From a virus, in the IMG/VR virus record IMGVR_UViG_3300030109_006161, positions 1 through 64,000 of that record: a DNA stretch of 64,000 nt; one strand, written 5' to 3'. Position numbers and translations under genes: made by a program. The notes under the pieces were generated by a model, which worked only from the letters and a program-made list of their open reading frames with translations, was not told where the DNA came from and searched no databases. Positions 50,445 to 60,195 of this stretch are shown piece after piece (the first letter of the stretch is position 1; each line of letters opens with the position of its first letter).

Positions 50445-51447
50445 ATCTAACTCCTGCGCTTTTATATATATCTGTTATCAAGTCCAACGAATCAAAAGAG
50501 ATAGAGACATCAAAATCATCAAGCTTGGCGTATAACTCTGGGTGGTTCGGACACGAGCCTTTGTACTTACCATAAGAATTTGATTCTTTCGCCTCTTTCA
50601 ATTGTAATATTATTTTTTCGTATTGCTTTTTTAGGTCTTTATGTTCTTTTAGGAAGTGTACTTTGGTTATTTTATCTAAAGCCTTGCCGCCGAGTTCTAT
50701 GAAGCCATACTCTGTCATAATTGCCATAGAACATTCTATGTTTTTTGGCTCGCAGGCTATGGTAATCTCAACTGTTCCGCCAAAATCTCCAAAGTTCATC
50801 AAAGAATAGACAGTATCTTCTATGGTGGTTGTCTTATGCTTTGTGTTATACAAAGAAGATGAGTCAACTTGAGGCTTTCCAAAAAGATAACATAAGATGT
50901 CTAGGTAATGTATGCCACACTCGTGAAGAGTTCCGCCTCCAAGAAGAGGATTGCCACGCCAGTCGTCAAAATATTCCTGAGGTCTTTGCCATCGCTGAAT
51001 CAGGCTGACTCCTCTAATCTTACCCAACAGACCTGAATCTATCATTTGCTTAACGGCAGAGACGACTGGATTTAATCTTACTTGCAGAACTGAATATGCC
51101 CTCTGGTTATTATCTTTTGCTATCTTCTCTATTCTTCTGGCTAGTTCTGAACTGATACACACGGGTTTTTCTATCAACACGTCGCATTTGTTTTCCAAAC
51201 AGTATTTTGCTTGGTGGAAATGTAGTGAATTTGGAGTAGCAATAACCACAAAATTTATATCTTCATTATCAACCATATCTTTGAAGTCTGTGTACGTGGC
51301 TACATCGTACTTCGATGATAGTTTATTGAGTAAACTTTCATCGATATCACAAAGTGCTTTAAGTTCAAAGTCTTTATTCTTTTCAATCGATTCTAGATGG
51401 CGGACTAATATCTTACCACAGCCGATTATTCCTACTGTATACTTCAT
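50434..51447 (-). CDS. Gfo/Idh/MocA oxidoreductase (WbpB/WlbA-like sugar 3-dehydrogenase)
   Basis: IIGCGKI, IATPNSLH, EKP, WQRPQEYF..WRG..GGTL..GIHYLD. Confidence 0.82.
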   Translation of the reverse strand: MKYTVGIIGCGKILVRHLESIEKNKDFELKALCDIDESLLNKLSSKYDVATYTDFKDMVDNEDINFVVIATPNSLHFHQAKYCLENKCDVLIEKPVCISSELARRIEKIAKDNNQRAYSVLQVRLNPVVSAVKQMIDSGLLGKIRGVSLIQRWQRPQEYFDDWRGNPLLGGGTLHECGIHYLDILCYLFGKPQVDSSSLYNTKHKTTTIEDTVYSLMNFGDFGGTVEITIACEPKNIECSMAIMTEYGFIELGGKALDKITKVHFLKEHKDLKKQYEKIILQLKEAKESNSYGKYKGSCPNHPELYAKLDDFDVSISFDSLDLITDIYKSAGVRYGK

Positions 51448-51452
51448 ATTTT

Positions 51453-52262
51453 CTACTTATAGTTTCCATCACGAATTTTTTTAGCCACGCTTTCTGCAAT
51501 GGGACAATCTCCTGTTATCCCCTTCCTTTTGTATACAGGCTGATTATAAACAACTTCTGGATAGTGTCCTGTTGACGGTCCTCTTAATCCCAATTCAGCA
51601 CGAACTCCTGTCATGTGAATCTTCATTTGCTCTAGTGCCATTAAGCATAGTGGCTCAGCAAGACGGAAATTAAAACCAACATACTCATGGTTGTATTTTC
51701 CAACTTGACCTTGGTCGCATATTGATCGTATTTTTCTTGCATCCAACTTAGAGTTTTTAGGAATGCAGATCATACCGCCTTCAAATGTTGATATATTTTT
51801 TGTCTTGTAAAAAGAGAAAGTACCAACATCAGAAATCATACCAGCATTTCTATTTTTGGAATCAACAGCACCGAAAGACTGTGCTGTATCTTCAATAACA
51901 ACTAGGTTATGTTTTTCTGCTATTTCCATAATTGCATCCATTTCACATACTCTTCCATACAGATGAACTGGTATAATAGCTTTGGTATTAGGAGTTATGG
52001 CAGCTTCAATTTTTTCTGGGTCGATTAAGAGTGTCTTTGGATCTATGTCAACAAATACTGGTTTTGCTCCGGCAATAACTATAGCATTAGATGTTGCTAT
52101 AAAAGTAAGAGGCGTAGTGATTACTTCATCTGTAGGTTCAAAATCCATAGACCACAAAGGGGCAATCAAAGCAGAAGTGCCGTTGTTTACTGCAATACAG
52201 TCCTCAAGATTATATGTATCTTTTACATATTCTTCGAAAATATTTCTAACAATTGCTGGCAT
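51453..52262 (-). CDS. DegT/DnrJ/EryC1/StrS sugar aminotransferase (WbpE-like, shortened)
   Basis: NNGTSAL, TFIATSNAI, IIPVHLYG, IEDTAQSFGA, SFYKTKNI..EGG, GFNFRL. Start 52262 follows GGAG. Confidence 0.88.
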   Translation of the reverse strand: MPAIVRNIFEEYVKDTYNLEDCIAVNNGTSALIAPLWSMDFEPTDEVITTPLTFIATSNAIVIAGAKPVFVDIDPKTLLIDPEKIEAAITPNTKAIIPVHLYGRVCEMDAIMEIAEKHNLVVIEDTAQSFGAVDSKNRNAGMISDVGTFSFYKTKNISTFEGGMICIPKNSKLDARKIRSICDQGQVGKYNHEYVGFNFRLAEPLCLMALEQMKIHMTGVRAELGLRGPSTGHYPEVVYNQPVYKRKGITGDCPIAESVAKKIRDGNYK

Positions 52263-53148
52263 AGACTTTCTCCATGAAAGAATCATACAAAGCTGCTGTA
52301 TCTTTTATATTATAACTGTAATCGGAATAATTTTTAACTTTATTAGAAAAATCCAAAATAGGTGGATTATACAGTTCGACAGGACTATAATCCCAATCGT
52401 TCTCTTTTATAACAATAGCATCGCTACCTGCTATTTCTTTTGTACCTCCAGCACTGGAACAAATGATCTGACATCCTGATGCCAAGGCATCAACTACCAC
52501 ATTAGGACAATGATCTAACCAAGCGAGATGAATGAAGTACTTTGAGGCTTTATAAAGGGAATACAATTGTACTTGAGTTAAGTTTCCGAAGTAAGTTATT
52601 TGAGGATGTTTTACTTTTTCTTCTGGTGGCACAGAACCTGCAACTATTAATAGATCATTATCACCACAATGTTCTAAGAAGTATCTAATGTTTTCGTTCA
52701 ATCTTTTATGAGGTCTCCAAGAGGAAGCGCAGCACCAAATATTATCGTACTTGTTATTGTTCATCTCTTCTGTTTTCACAATTGTTTGTAAATCAGCACC
52801 GTTGTGAATGACTGTAGAGCAAGGATGTTCTCCAAAATATTTCTTTATAAGTGTTTCACAGAAACTTGACTGGTAAATTACACCCTCACACATCTGATAT
52901 GTTCTCAAAATATTCTTGTTGAGTAAGTTGTAATCTTGTGCTGTATTAAAGTAAATGCCATCCAACCTTAGAACTTGAGGGATATTCAATTTTTGACGAG
53001 GTGATTCAATAAAGCATAGAGACATATCAGCCTCGGCTATTGTTGTAAATTCGTGACCCATTTCTACTAACTTTGGTCCAAGTTTGTTTGCAAAAGAGTT
53101 TGGACCGCTCGTACTATTGAGATTTACGTTTTCTAGATGTAACTTCAT
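52246..53148 (-). CDS. glycosyltransferase (GT4-like)
   Basis: VIHNG, HKRL, CPNVVVDALASGCQII..GGTKE. Confidence 0.8.
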   Translation of the reverse strand: MKLHLENVNLNSTSGPNSFANKLGPKLVEMGHEFTTIAEADMSLCFIESPRQKLNIPQVLRLDGIYFNTAQDYNLLNKNILRTYQMCEGVIYQSSFCETLIKKYFGEHPCSTVIHNGADLQTIVKTEEMNNNKYDNIWCCASSWRPHKRLNENIRYFLEHCGDNDLLIVAGSVPPEEKVKHPQITYFGNLTQVQLYSLYKASKYFIHLAWLDHCPNVVVDALASGCQIICSSAGGTKEIAGSDAIVIKENDWDYSPVELYNPPILDFSNKVKNYSDYSYNIKDTAALYDSFMEKVYASNC

Positions 53149-53150
53149 TT

Positions 53151-54764
53151 CTACAACCTGTCATATTTTTGCTTTTTTCTTATTTCAAGCATGTATTCAT
53201 ATTGTTTTTGTGCCTTTGTTTTATTGACAGCATTTGGATTAGTTACATTATACACATAAGTAACCTCGGGAACAAATTTAGACCTAGAGCCTGCCATTTC
53301 TAACATAGGTAACATCATAACTTGATCGTATGATATTTCGTAAAAGTTTCCTTCTTTATTGATTAGATCTTCTTTTTTTACTTTATCCCACAAAGAAAAT
53401 TTAAAGGTCTTAAGGTGTGATGCCCGCCACTTATCGGATCTAAAATTATTGTTTTCGATTATTTCTTGGGGATATTCACTAGCCTCTTCTCCGATACCTC
53501 CGTCTGGGAATCTAGCAAAACTACCATAAGTCATCAAACAATCAGAGTTTTTGTAATAGTGGTTTAGTTGTGATAATACATTACAATTTGGAAACCAATC
53601 ATCACCGTCTAAAACAACTATTACATCTTCTGGTGAGGGTTTTGACTCTAGGATTGTATCATATATGTTTTTTAATGCATATTTTTTATTAGAGCACTTC
53701 ACAACACTAAACTTGTCGCCGGTTGTAAATCTTTCCGCAACTTGAAATGTATTGTCGGTAGACATATCGTCAGAAACATAACATTCATAATTTTCATACT
53801 TCTGATCTTGAACGCTTTCGATTGTTCTTGAGATCCAGTTTTCAGAATTATAAACAGGAACAATAATCTTAAATCTTGTATCTTCTGGCTCTTGGTGTAT
53901 TTGTGGGACTTTGCTTCCCATATGCTTATATGTTTCACTCCAGAAAATATCCGCCCTGGTCTGGAGGTACTCTAATGCATGTTCTCTTGAGCCAGTAAAC
54001 CAGTCTTCATTTTTGTGTTGTACATTATCATTGAGTATAAGCTCGCAACCAAGTAATTTTGCCTCAATAACTGTTCTCGGACATGTGTCGGAACCCTCTG
54101 GTAGGAAAATAAATCCTTTTGCTTTTGCAAACTTTTTCAACATCGCAGAGTACTCTACCCCTGAGAAGGTTTCATATGGTATTTCTTTCTGTATAGCATA
54201 TTCTACTGCCTTATTTGATCCTTTAACCCATGAGGGAGAGTCTTGAATCAGCCAAACATTATCTTTTTCATTTTGATCCAAAGAGTTTATATATTCAATA
54301 GTTTGATTATTAAATACAGAACTTAGAACACGAGTTGTTGGCTTTTCAAGAAAGGGGAACAAATCGTAATAGATTTGTCTTTGTGCTGCGGACATAAACC
54401 AAAGGTTGTTTGCTTTTGCGAAAAATATTGAAAATAGTTTTCCCCTTTGGCTGTTTTGACAATCACATTTACCCTCGCTAGCTATATGTTTTTCTGGCAA
54501 TCTATAAGAGCAAAACTTATAATCATATTCTATGACTGTATAGTTTAGATTTTTGCACGCATAAAGAATAATATCATTAGGTAACCCAGCACAGTTGCCA
54601 AATATCCAGTATTTATCCTGATGTTCGTCTATAATTTGCTTTGTTACTTTTTGAGAATGAACTGTCAATACAGGTATTTTTGTTGCATCAATAATTGCCT
54701 GAGTTGTTAGCTCACCTCCGCCCACGTAATCTTGGACGAAAAGGTCTTGGACAAAAACTATCAT
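53151..54764 (-). CDS. bifunctional glycosyltransferase (N-terminal GT-B-like plus C-terminal GT2)
   Basis: N-terminal half VGGGE..DTCPRTVIEAKLLGC. C-terminal half IIVPVYN..DDMSTD..LDGDDW. Confidence 0.82.
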   Translation of the reverse strand: MIVFVQDLFVQDYVGGGELTTQAIIDATKIPVLTVHSQKVTKQIIDEHQDKYWIFGNCAGLPNDIILYACKNLNYTVIEYDYKFCSYRLPEKHIASEGKCDCQNSQRGKLFSIFFAKANNLWFMSAAQRQIYYDLFPFLEKPTTRVLSSVFNNQTIEYINSLDQNEKDNVWLIQDSPSWVKGSNKAVEYAIQKEIPYETFSGVEYSAMLKKFAKAKGFIFLPEGSDTCPRTVIEAKLLGCELILNDNVQHKNEDWFTGSREHALEYLQTRADIFWSETYKHMGSKVPQIHQEPEDTRFKIIVPVYNSENWISRTIESVQDQKYENYECYVSDDMSTDNTFQVAERFTTGDKFSVVKCSNKKYALKNIYDTILESKPSPEDVIVVLDGDDWFPNCNVLSQLNHYYKNSDCLMTYGSFARFPDGGIGEEASEYPQEIIENNNFRSDKWRASHLKTFKFSLWDKVKKEDLINKEGNFYEISYDQVMMLPMLEMAGSRSKFVPEVTYVYNVTNPNAVNKTKAQKQYEYMLEIRKKQKYDRL

Positions 54765-54766
54765 CC

Positions 54767-56038
54767 CTAGCCCTCTTGACTTAGGGATGCAAACATATTA
54801 TTTATCTCTTCGTCGTCTTTTGATGTGTCAATATATGGATCGAAAACATCCAAGTATTTATTACAGATTATATCTTCACTAAAATTATGTTTCAGGTGTT
54901 CCTTTAGACCTTCAGCACGAACATTGCGGTAATTTAGACCGTTATACATTTCTCGGAGTCTTTTTTTGTAACTTTCTTCTTCAGGATAACACCATTGAGC
55001 TTCCTTAGATATGACCCCTTCCCAAACAACTTCGGGTTGAACTGGTCCAATACCAAATTTGATCTTTTCAAATAAAGGTGTATCTTTTACTTTCCCTGAT
55101 TTTTCATTTTTTACTGGCGCATAAAGGAAATCATTTTGTCCCGACCAAGCTGGGGCAATAACAGGAAGTCCAGAATAAGCAGCTTCAAAAATTGGTAAAC
55201 CAAATCCTTCACCATGCGTTGTTGTTACATATGCCTTAATTTTAGGGTGCGTATACAGTCCGTGCATTTCTTCAGCAGTCATATCTCCGTGGATGAAATA
55301 TACTTTACACTTTCTATCTGATCCATACGATGCTAAAGTTAGCTCAATATGTCTTGCTAGTTTTTTTCTATCGATAAGCGACATATTCATCTGATGACTT
55401 TTAATTACCAAGCCAACGTCTTCATTGTGCTTGAACTCATCTACAAACCACTTAATACTAGCTACAATATTTTTTCTTGGACCCCACTGAGCAACAGTAA
55501 GGAAATTAAAATTACTCGAAATATCAATTTTGTCTGACATATCCACTGGCTCTAAATTCTTCACAGGATAACCAATAACTTCTACTGGGGTCTGACATTT
55601 TAGCAAATGAGTAGCACCAGTATTCTGATCTTGTACATGGTATTCAGTTCCTTCAAAAACATTTTTACTATGATTAGAGATAACAACAATTTTATCCATA
55701 AGGTTTGCTTGTTGTAGCCAAACTGGATCGACTCTATCAACTTCAATCCCGGCAGTAACTCCAATATTCACTTGTGCTAATCTTTTCCATTCATTTGGAA
55801 TAGTAACTTGAATAGATAAGTCAAAATGAGGTGGAGGCGAGGACATTTTATCCATGTCTTCTTTGAGATAGGGTCCTATTTTTTCAGGCTGCATGATCCA
55901 CGAACTTTGTCCCCACTCCAAAGGCTGTACACAAACATTAATGGATGAATTTCTTTTAAGTGACTTATAAACAAGTCTTGCATGTTCCCCATATCCACTT
56001 CTGGATAAAATTGGTGCTGTTAGTAATACGTTTTTCAT
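54767..56038 (-). CDS. glycosyltransferase (GT4-like)
   Basis: SGYG, RKN, GEGFGLPIFEAAYSGLPVIA..WSGQ. Confidence 0.85.
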   Translation of the reverse strand: MKNVLLTAPILSRSGYGEHARLVYKSLKRNSSINVCVQPLEWGQSSWIMQPEKIGPYLKEDMDKMSSPPPHFDLSIQVTIPNEWKRLAQVNIGVTAGIEVDRVDPVWLQQANLMDKIVVISNHSKNVFEGTEYHVQDQNTGATHLLKCQTPVEVIGYPVKNLEPVDMSDKIDISSNFNFLTVAQWGPRKNIVASIKWFVDEFKHNEDVGLVIKSHQMNMSLIDRKKLARHIELTLASYGSDRKCKVYFIHGDMTAEEMHGLYTHPKIKAYVTTTHGEGFGLPIFEAAYSGLPVIAPAWSGQNDFLYAPVKNEKSGKVKDTPLFEKIKFGIGPVQPEVVWEGVISKEAQWCYPEEESYKKRLREMYNGLNYRNVRAEGLKEHLKHNFSEDIICNKYLDVFDPYIDTSKDDEEINNMFASLSQEG

Positions 56039-57309
56039 TTTATTTCAATTGTCTCCCAACGGGTATAATTTTTTCGGCTATCCCAAGACCCTAAGCGATG
56101 GTGTAAATCTTGTAGATAATCAACCCAAAACTTTTGATAACTTTCAAATGCGTAGTTTTTCTCAACATGTTGTCGTCCGGCTTTACCTAAATTATCACGT
56201 TCTTCTGGTGTCATTTTGTAAATCTTCTCAAGGGCGTCAGCAACATCTTTTTCACAAGTCCTGTCTTCAAAAATATAAGGAACATGCTGCGAGCCAATAA
56301 TAGCTTTAGAACAAGGCTCAATACCTACTCCAAACCAATTTTCTCCATCAGTTACTTGCTCTTGCAGTCCGCCAGTCATAGTATTGACTACAGGAGTTTC
56401 TGTCGATAAAGATTCCAAAGAACTTAATCCAAAGCCCTCGGCATCAGCAATATTTATAGTGCAGTCTGCCAAATTATACAACAGAGCTAAATCAGGTGCA
56501 GCTAGTTTTTGTCTGGAGAATTTTATCTGCCCCTGGTCGCATCCAACTGTTGCTGCTAGATATTCTAATGGTTGTCCGTGAGGATCGTTTGTGTCTGTAT
56601 GCATAATAAGACATGCTTTATCATGTCCTACTCGATCAAGAAATGCCTTAAACCAATATACTAATGATCCGCTTTGCTTTCGTCGTGCATTGCGATTATT
56701 CCAGAAGAAAATAAATTTATCCTCCAGGTTCATGTTCTTTTTCATTTCAGAAATTTTTGTGAGACTTTCTTTGTCAGTTACTTTCTTGAATATATCTGGG
56801 TCAACTGCGTGTGGTAAGTAAACTTCCTCAGTTGTTGGCGATGCTTTCTGAACGCATTGACTAGTAACTTTAGAAATTGTAACAATAGCATCTGTACTTA
56901 GATAATATGGTGCATTGAATTCTGGAGTGGGAAAGTTATCCCACACATGATAATAAACCATTGGTACAACTTGTCTGATTTCAGATTCCATTTGCCATAA
57001 CCAGTCATAAAATCTAGGATCGGTCATGAACCAGATTAGGTCAGGTTTTTCTGATAGTATGGCGCTTCTTATTTGATTTGGCGTACCATAAGCATCCACG
57101 GGAATAATCTTCCAAGAAGAGCCATATTTTTCTAGTCCATGCTCTATTACACTGTAATCTTTATGTTTGATTGCTCCCGCAAAAGATACAACTTCAAATT
57201 TACCACTCTCTAGTAATGCTTCGATCATATATTTTGTCTGAGTAGCTACACCCGATGGTAATAAGGGGTGGTCGCTTAGTGTAAGGATTTTTATCTTCTT
57301 ATCGGACAT
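56035..57309 (-). CDS. glycosyltransferase (GT4-like)
   Basis: PSGVA, PHAVD, NRNARRK, AEGFGLSSLES..PVV..TGGLQEQ. Probable start 57309. Confidence 0.85.
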   Translation of the reverse strand: MSDKKIKILTLSDHPLLPSGVATQTKYMIEALLESGKFEVVSFAGAIKHKDYSVIEHGLEKYGSSWKIIPVDAYGTPNQIRSAILSEKPDLIWFMTDPRFYDWLWQMESEIRQVVPMVYYHVWDNFPTPEFNAPYYLSTDAIVTISKVTSQCVQKASPTTEEVYLPHAVDPDIFKKVTDKESLTKISEMKKNMNLEDKFIFFWNNRNARRKQSGSLVYWFKAFLDRVGHDKACLIMHTDTNDPHGQPLEYLAATVGCDQGQIKFSRQKLAAPDLALLYNLADCTINIADAEGFGLSSLESLSTETPVVNTMTGGLQEQVTDGENWFGVGIEPCSKAIIGSQHVPYIFEDRTCEKDVADALEKIYKMTPEERDNLGKAGRQHVEKNYAFESYQKFWVDYLQDLHHRLGSWDSRKNYTRWETIEIK

Positions 57310-57320
57310 GTTTGTTTTTC

Positions 57321-58160
57321 CTAATTGCAATATTCTGACCTATAAAATTCACATACACCTGGGCGGTGTTTGCAACTAGTACAGGAGTTTCTATTCTTAA
57401 TATAACGTTCATTTGTGATATTGTATAGAGCAGTTGTCAAAGATTTTAGTGCGTCGGTTGTTCTTTTTTTCGCTGCTGTAACTCTTACAAATTCAACTTT
57501 TTTACCTGGTTTTGCAGTTCTTTTCAAAAGAACAAAATGGCAGTCAAGATCATCTGGGCTTACGTCGTACTTTTGAGAATAAAAATGTTTATACATCACA
57601 AGTTGATAAGCCATTGTTTTATCACTTTTCTTTTCTCGTCGCCAACCCCAAGAACAAGTTTTCCAATCAATCAAGTGAACCTTTTCATCTTTATTTGAAT
57701 GAACTACAAGATCAATAAAGCCCTTAAAGTTTTTCTTTGCATCCTTGAATTCAGTAATAGGCTCATAAAGAAATTCTTCAGCAGCCAATACGTGCCAGTC
57801 CTCGCCAAGCTTTCCAAATTTTTCTACTAGAGAGCGATAAAGGTCGGGAATAATTTCAATACCGTGTGCTAGCCACTCTTGCAAATCAAAATCGTTAGCT
57901 GCTCGTTGTTGTTCTAGTTCTGGCAGTGCTTTTAGTTCTTTTACAAACTGTTGCTTCAGCAGATTGATTATTTTTTCTTGAGACCTATATTGTTCAGTCT
58001 TTGTGAGAGTTTCCTCACATAAGGTATGTAAAGCTTTACCAAAGGCAGTATAAATATTTCCTTCAAACTTATTGATCTTATCGATATAGGTAAGTTTATG
58101 ATAGTGCGGGCAAATAAGCCAATTCTTCCACTCTGAATAAGAGATATGTTTTCCAGCCAA
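57321..58160 (-). CDS. PD-(D/E)xK nuclease, Cas4/RecB-like with Cys cluster
   Basis: SYS..CP, GKALH, GFIDLV..LIDWKT, QLVMY, C-terminal CTSC..C..C. TTG start. Confidence 0.85.
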   Translation of the reverse strand: MAGKHISYSEWKNWLICPHYHKLTYIDKINKFEGNIYTAFGKALHTLCEETLTKTEQYRSQEKIINLLKQQFVKELKALPELEQQRAANDFDLQEWLAHGIEIIPDLYRSLVEKFGKLGEDWHVLAAEEFLYEPITEFKDAKKNFKGFIDLVVHSNKDEKVHLIDWKTCSWGWRREKKSDKTMAYQLVMYKHFYSQKYDVSPDDLDCHFVLLKRTAKPGKKVEFVRVTAAKKRTTDALKSLTTALYNITNERYIKNRNSCTSCKHRPGVCEFYRSEYCN

Positions 58161-58175
58161 AGTTTCGTCGCTTTC

Positions 58176-58835
58176 TTAGTTGTTGACGAGTTCATCAATC
58201 TTGTTATATAGTTCGGGACTAATTTTCTTTAGTTTTTGCTTGCTTCCTAAAAAATACTCTTCGAATCCAGTTCCAAAATATTCACGGAGAGAAACAGATG
58301 CATAAGGTCTTATATACATACCAGATGTAATCATTTTAAGCAAGTTTCCTCCAACCCTTTTGTATAAAAAGACATCAAAATTACGGTCATACTCAAGATT
58401 CATGAAATTATATTCTTTAGTCCAGTATCCTTCAGATCTTAATTCAAATTCTAGCTCCGCTCGTTTTTTGAGGAACTCCTTTTTGATTTTCTCATCTGCG
58501 TATATCTCTTCAGGGTACAGCATTTCTACATGATGTGCGAACTCATGAATTATATCATCGATAATATCAGCGGCATTATCTTGTTTGTTGGTAATATAAA
58601 AGATACCATTATCGTATAATGCATTAGCATCTTTCTTATCAAATATAGGAATATGTTCTATTCGAATTTGATTTAGAGATCTAAAGAACTTTGATGGTAA
58701 TAATTTTTCTACAGAAGATAAAACACTTTGGAGATCTATATTATCCGGACAGGGGTCAACCTCAACAACATCTACCCCAGCAAAATTAAAATACTTGGGC
58801 GTATTGTTTACTCTTTCAAATATATAATCTCTCAT
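58176..58835 (-). CDS. HExxH zinc-metallopeptidase-like protein
   Basis: IIHEFAHHVE plus downstream YASVSLREYFGTGFEEYF (third-ligand Glu). Confidence 0.6.
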   Translation of the reverse strand: MRDYIFERVNNTPKYFNFAGVDVVEVDPCPDNIDLQSVLSSVEKLLPSKFFRSLNQIRIEHIPIFDKKDANALYDNGIFYITNKQDNAADIIDDIIHEFAHHVEMLYPEEIYADEKIKKEFLKKRAELEFELRSEGYWTKEYNFMNLEYDRNFDVFLYKRVGGNLLKMITSGMYIRPYASVSLREYFGTGFEEYFLGSKQKLKKISPELYNKIDELVNN

Positions 58836-60136
58836 AGAATTTCCGAAGCTAAGGTTGCTAATTTAGATCTTTCGCCTTTAACTAGTGTCACATGACCCGC
58901 AATATCATATTGTTTGAATTTTTCAACAGCATGAGTAAGACCGTTTGAAACTGAATCAACATAAGAGTTATCAATTTGTTGGATATCTCCAGTAAGCACT
59001 AATTTAGTTCCATGACCTACCCTTGTTATTATAGTCTTTAATTCGTGGGCTGTTAAGTTCTGAGCTTCGTCTACAATCAAGAAAGCATTGGAAATTGAGC
59101 GACCTCTAATGTATGTCATAGCTTCTATTTCAATGGTTCCTTGTTCTATTTGCATATCTAAAGCACCACGGTCGCCAAACAGTTGTTCTAAGTTGTCTCT
59201 AATAGGGGCAATCCACGGCATCATTTTTTCTTCTAAAGTTCCCGGCAAAAATCCGATATCTCTACCCATGGGTTGAACTGGACGAGTTATAATCAATTTA
59301 TCATATCCACCTTTTGCACTAGTGGTATTCATAACTTGCTCCAAGGCGCAAGCTGTGGCTAATAATGTTTTACCAGTTCCTGCTGGTCCTGTCAAGGAAA
59401 GAACATGTATATCTTTATCGAATAAGAGATCCATTGCATATTGCTGTTCTTTGTTGTTCGCTGATAAACCCCATATGTTTTTGTATTTGTTTATCTTTCG
59501 AAGAGGTTTATCATAGTCCATAAAACGACAGATTGCTGACTTACTTGTACCTTCATTTTTTAATATAAGGTATTGGTTTGGGTAAAGTTTTGTTCCTTGT
59601 TGTGGTAATAATGTTTCTTTACCGGTATAAAATTGATCTATAAGGCTAAACTCTACCTCTACTTCTTGAGTTCCGTCAAATAAATTCTCTATAGAGTTAA
59701 TTACTTTCTCAGGTTGGTAGTCGTAACATTCTATACCGTGGGCGTCGCACTTTACTCTCATATTGAGATCACGAGACACAACAATAACTTCTTTGCCTTC
59801 ATCAATTAATCGGAGAGCAACAGCTATAATTTTATTATCAGCATCATTGTTATCTACCCCAGGAGGCATGTATTTTTCATCAAAATGTGCCGCTATTACT
59901 CTGCCTTTGCCTCTTCCTAAAGGAGCACCGGTAAGTAAACTACCTTTAGAACGAAGTGAGTCTAAAACTCTATTCATAGTTCTAGCGTTTAAGCCAGCAG
60001 TATCCTGCCTGTGTTTATGACGATCAATCTCATCTAAAACTATAGTTGGTATTGCGATATCGTTTTTACCAAAAGCTAATATGGAACCTGCCTCCGTGAG
60101 GTATACATTCGTATCTAAAATGATGGTTTTTTTCAT
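58832..60136 (-). CDS. phoH: PIN-domain PhoH-family ATPase (PhoH2/YlaK architecture)
   Basis: PIN motifs ILDTNV..DNKII..VSRDLNMRVK. Walker A GPAGTGKT, IGFLPG, RGRS, DEAQN, GDIQQID. Confidence 0.93.
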   Translation of the reverse strand: MKKTIILDTNVYLTEAGSILAFGKNDIAIPTIVLDEIDRHKHRQDTAGLNARTMNRVLDSLRSKGSLLTGAPLGRGKGRVIAAHFDEKYMPPGVDNNDADNKIIAVALRLIDEGKEVIVVSRDLNMRVKCDAHGIECYDYQPEKVINSIENLFDGTQEVEVEFSLIDQFYTGKETLLPQQGTKLYPNQYLILKNEGTSKSAICRFMDYDKPLRKINKYKNIWGLSANNKEQQYAMDLLFDKDIHVLSLTGPAGTGKTLLATACALEQVMNTTSAKGGYDKLIITRPVQPMGRDIGFLPGTLEEKMMPWIAPIRDNLEQLFGDRGALDMQIEQGTIEIEAMTYIRGRSISNAFLIVDEAQNLTAHELKTIITRVGHGTKLVLTGDIQQIDNSYVDSVSNGLTHAVEKFKQYDIAGHVTLVKGERSKLATLASEIL

Positions 60137-60163
60137 ATTTTCCCTGAAATAAGTGGGTTTATA

Positions 60164-60170
60164 TAATTAG
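60164..60170 (-). promoter_or_regulatory. candidate phage late promoter CTAATTA heading the phoH-glycosylation operon
   Basis: Between the tmRNA terminator and the phoH start. Same motif as before the structural genes. Confidence 0.45.
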
Positions 60171-60195
60171 TTTGGTCGGTATACTTAAAGGTAAT

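Noticed and set aside
36796-57309. Bacterial O-antigen/capsule locus (host chromosome or chimeric contig)
   Set aside because: No flippase, polymerase, chain-length or priming transferase genes. The cluster is joined by overlapping or abutting genes to phage-type genes on both sides, on the same strand and with similar composition.
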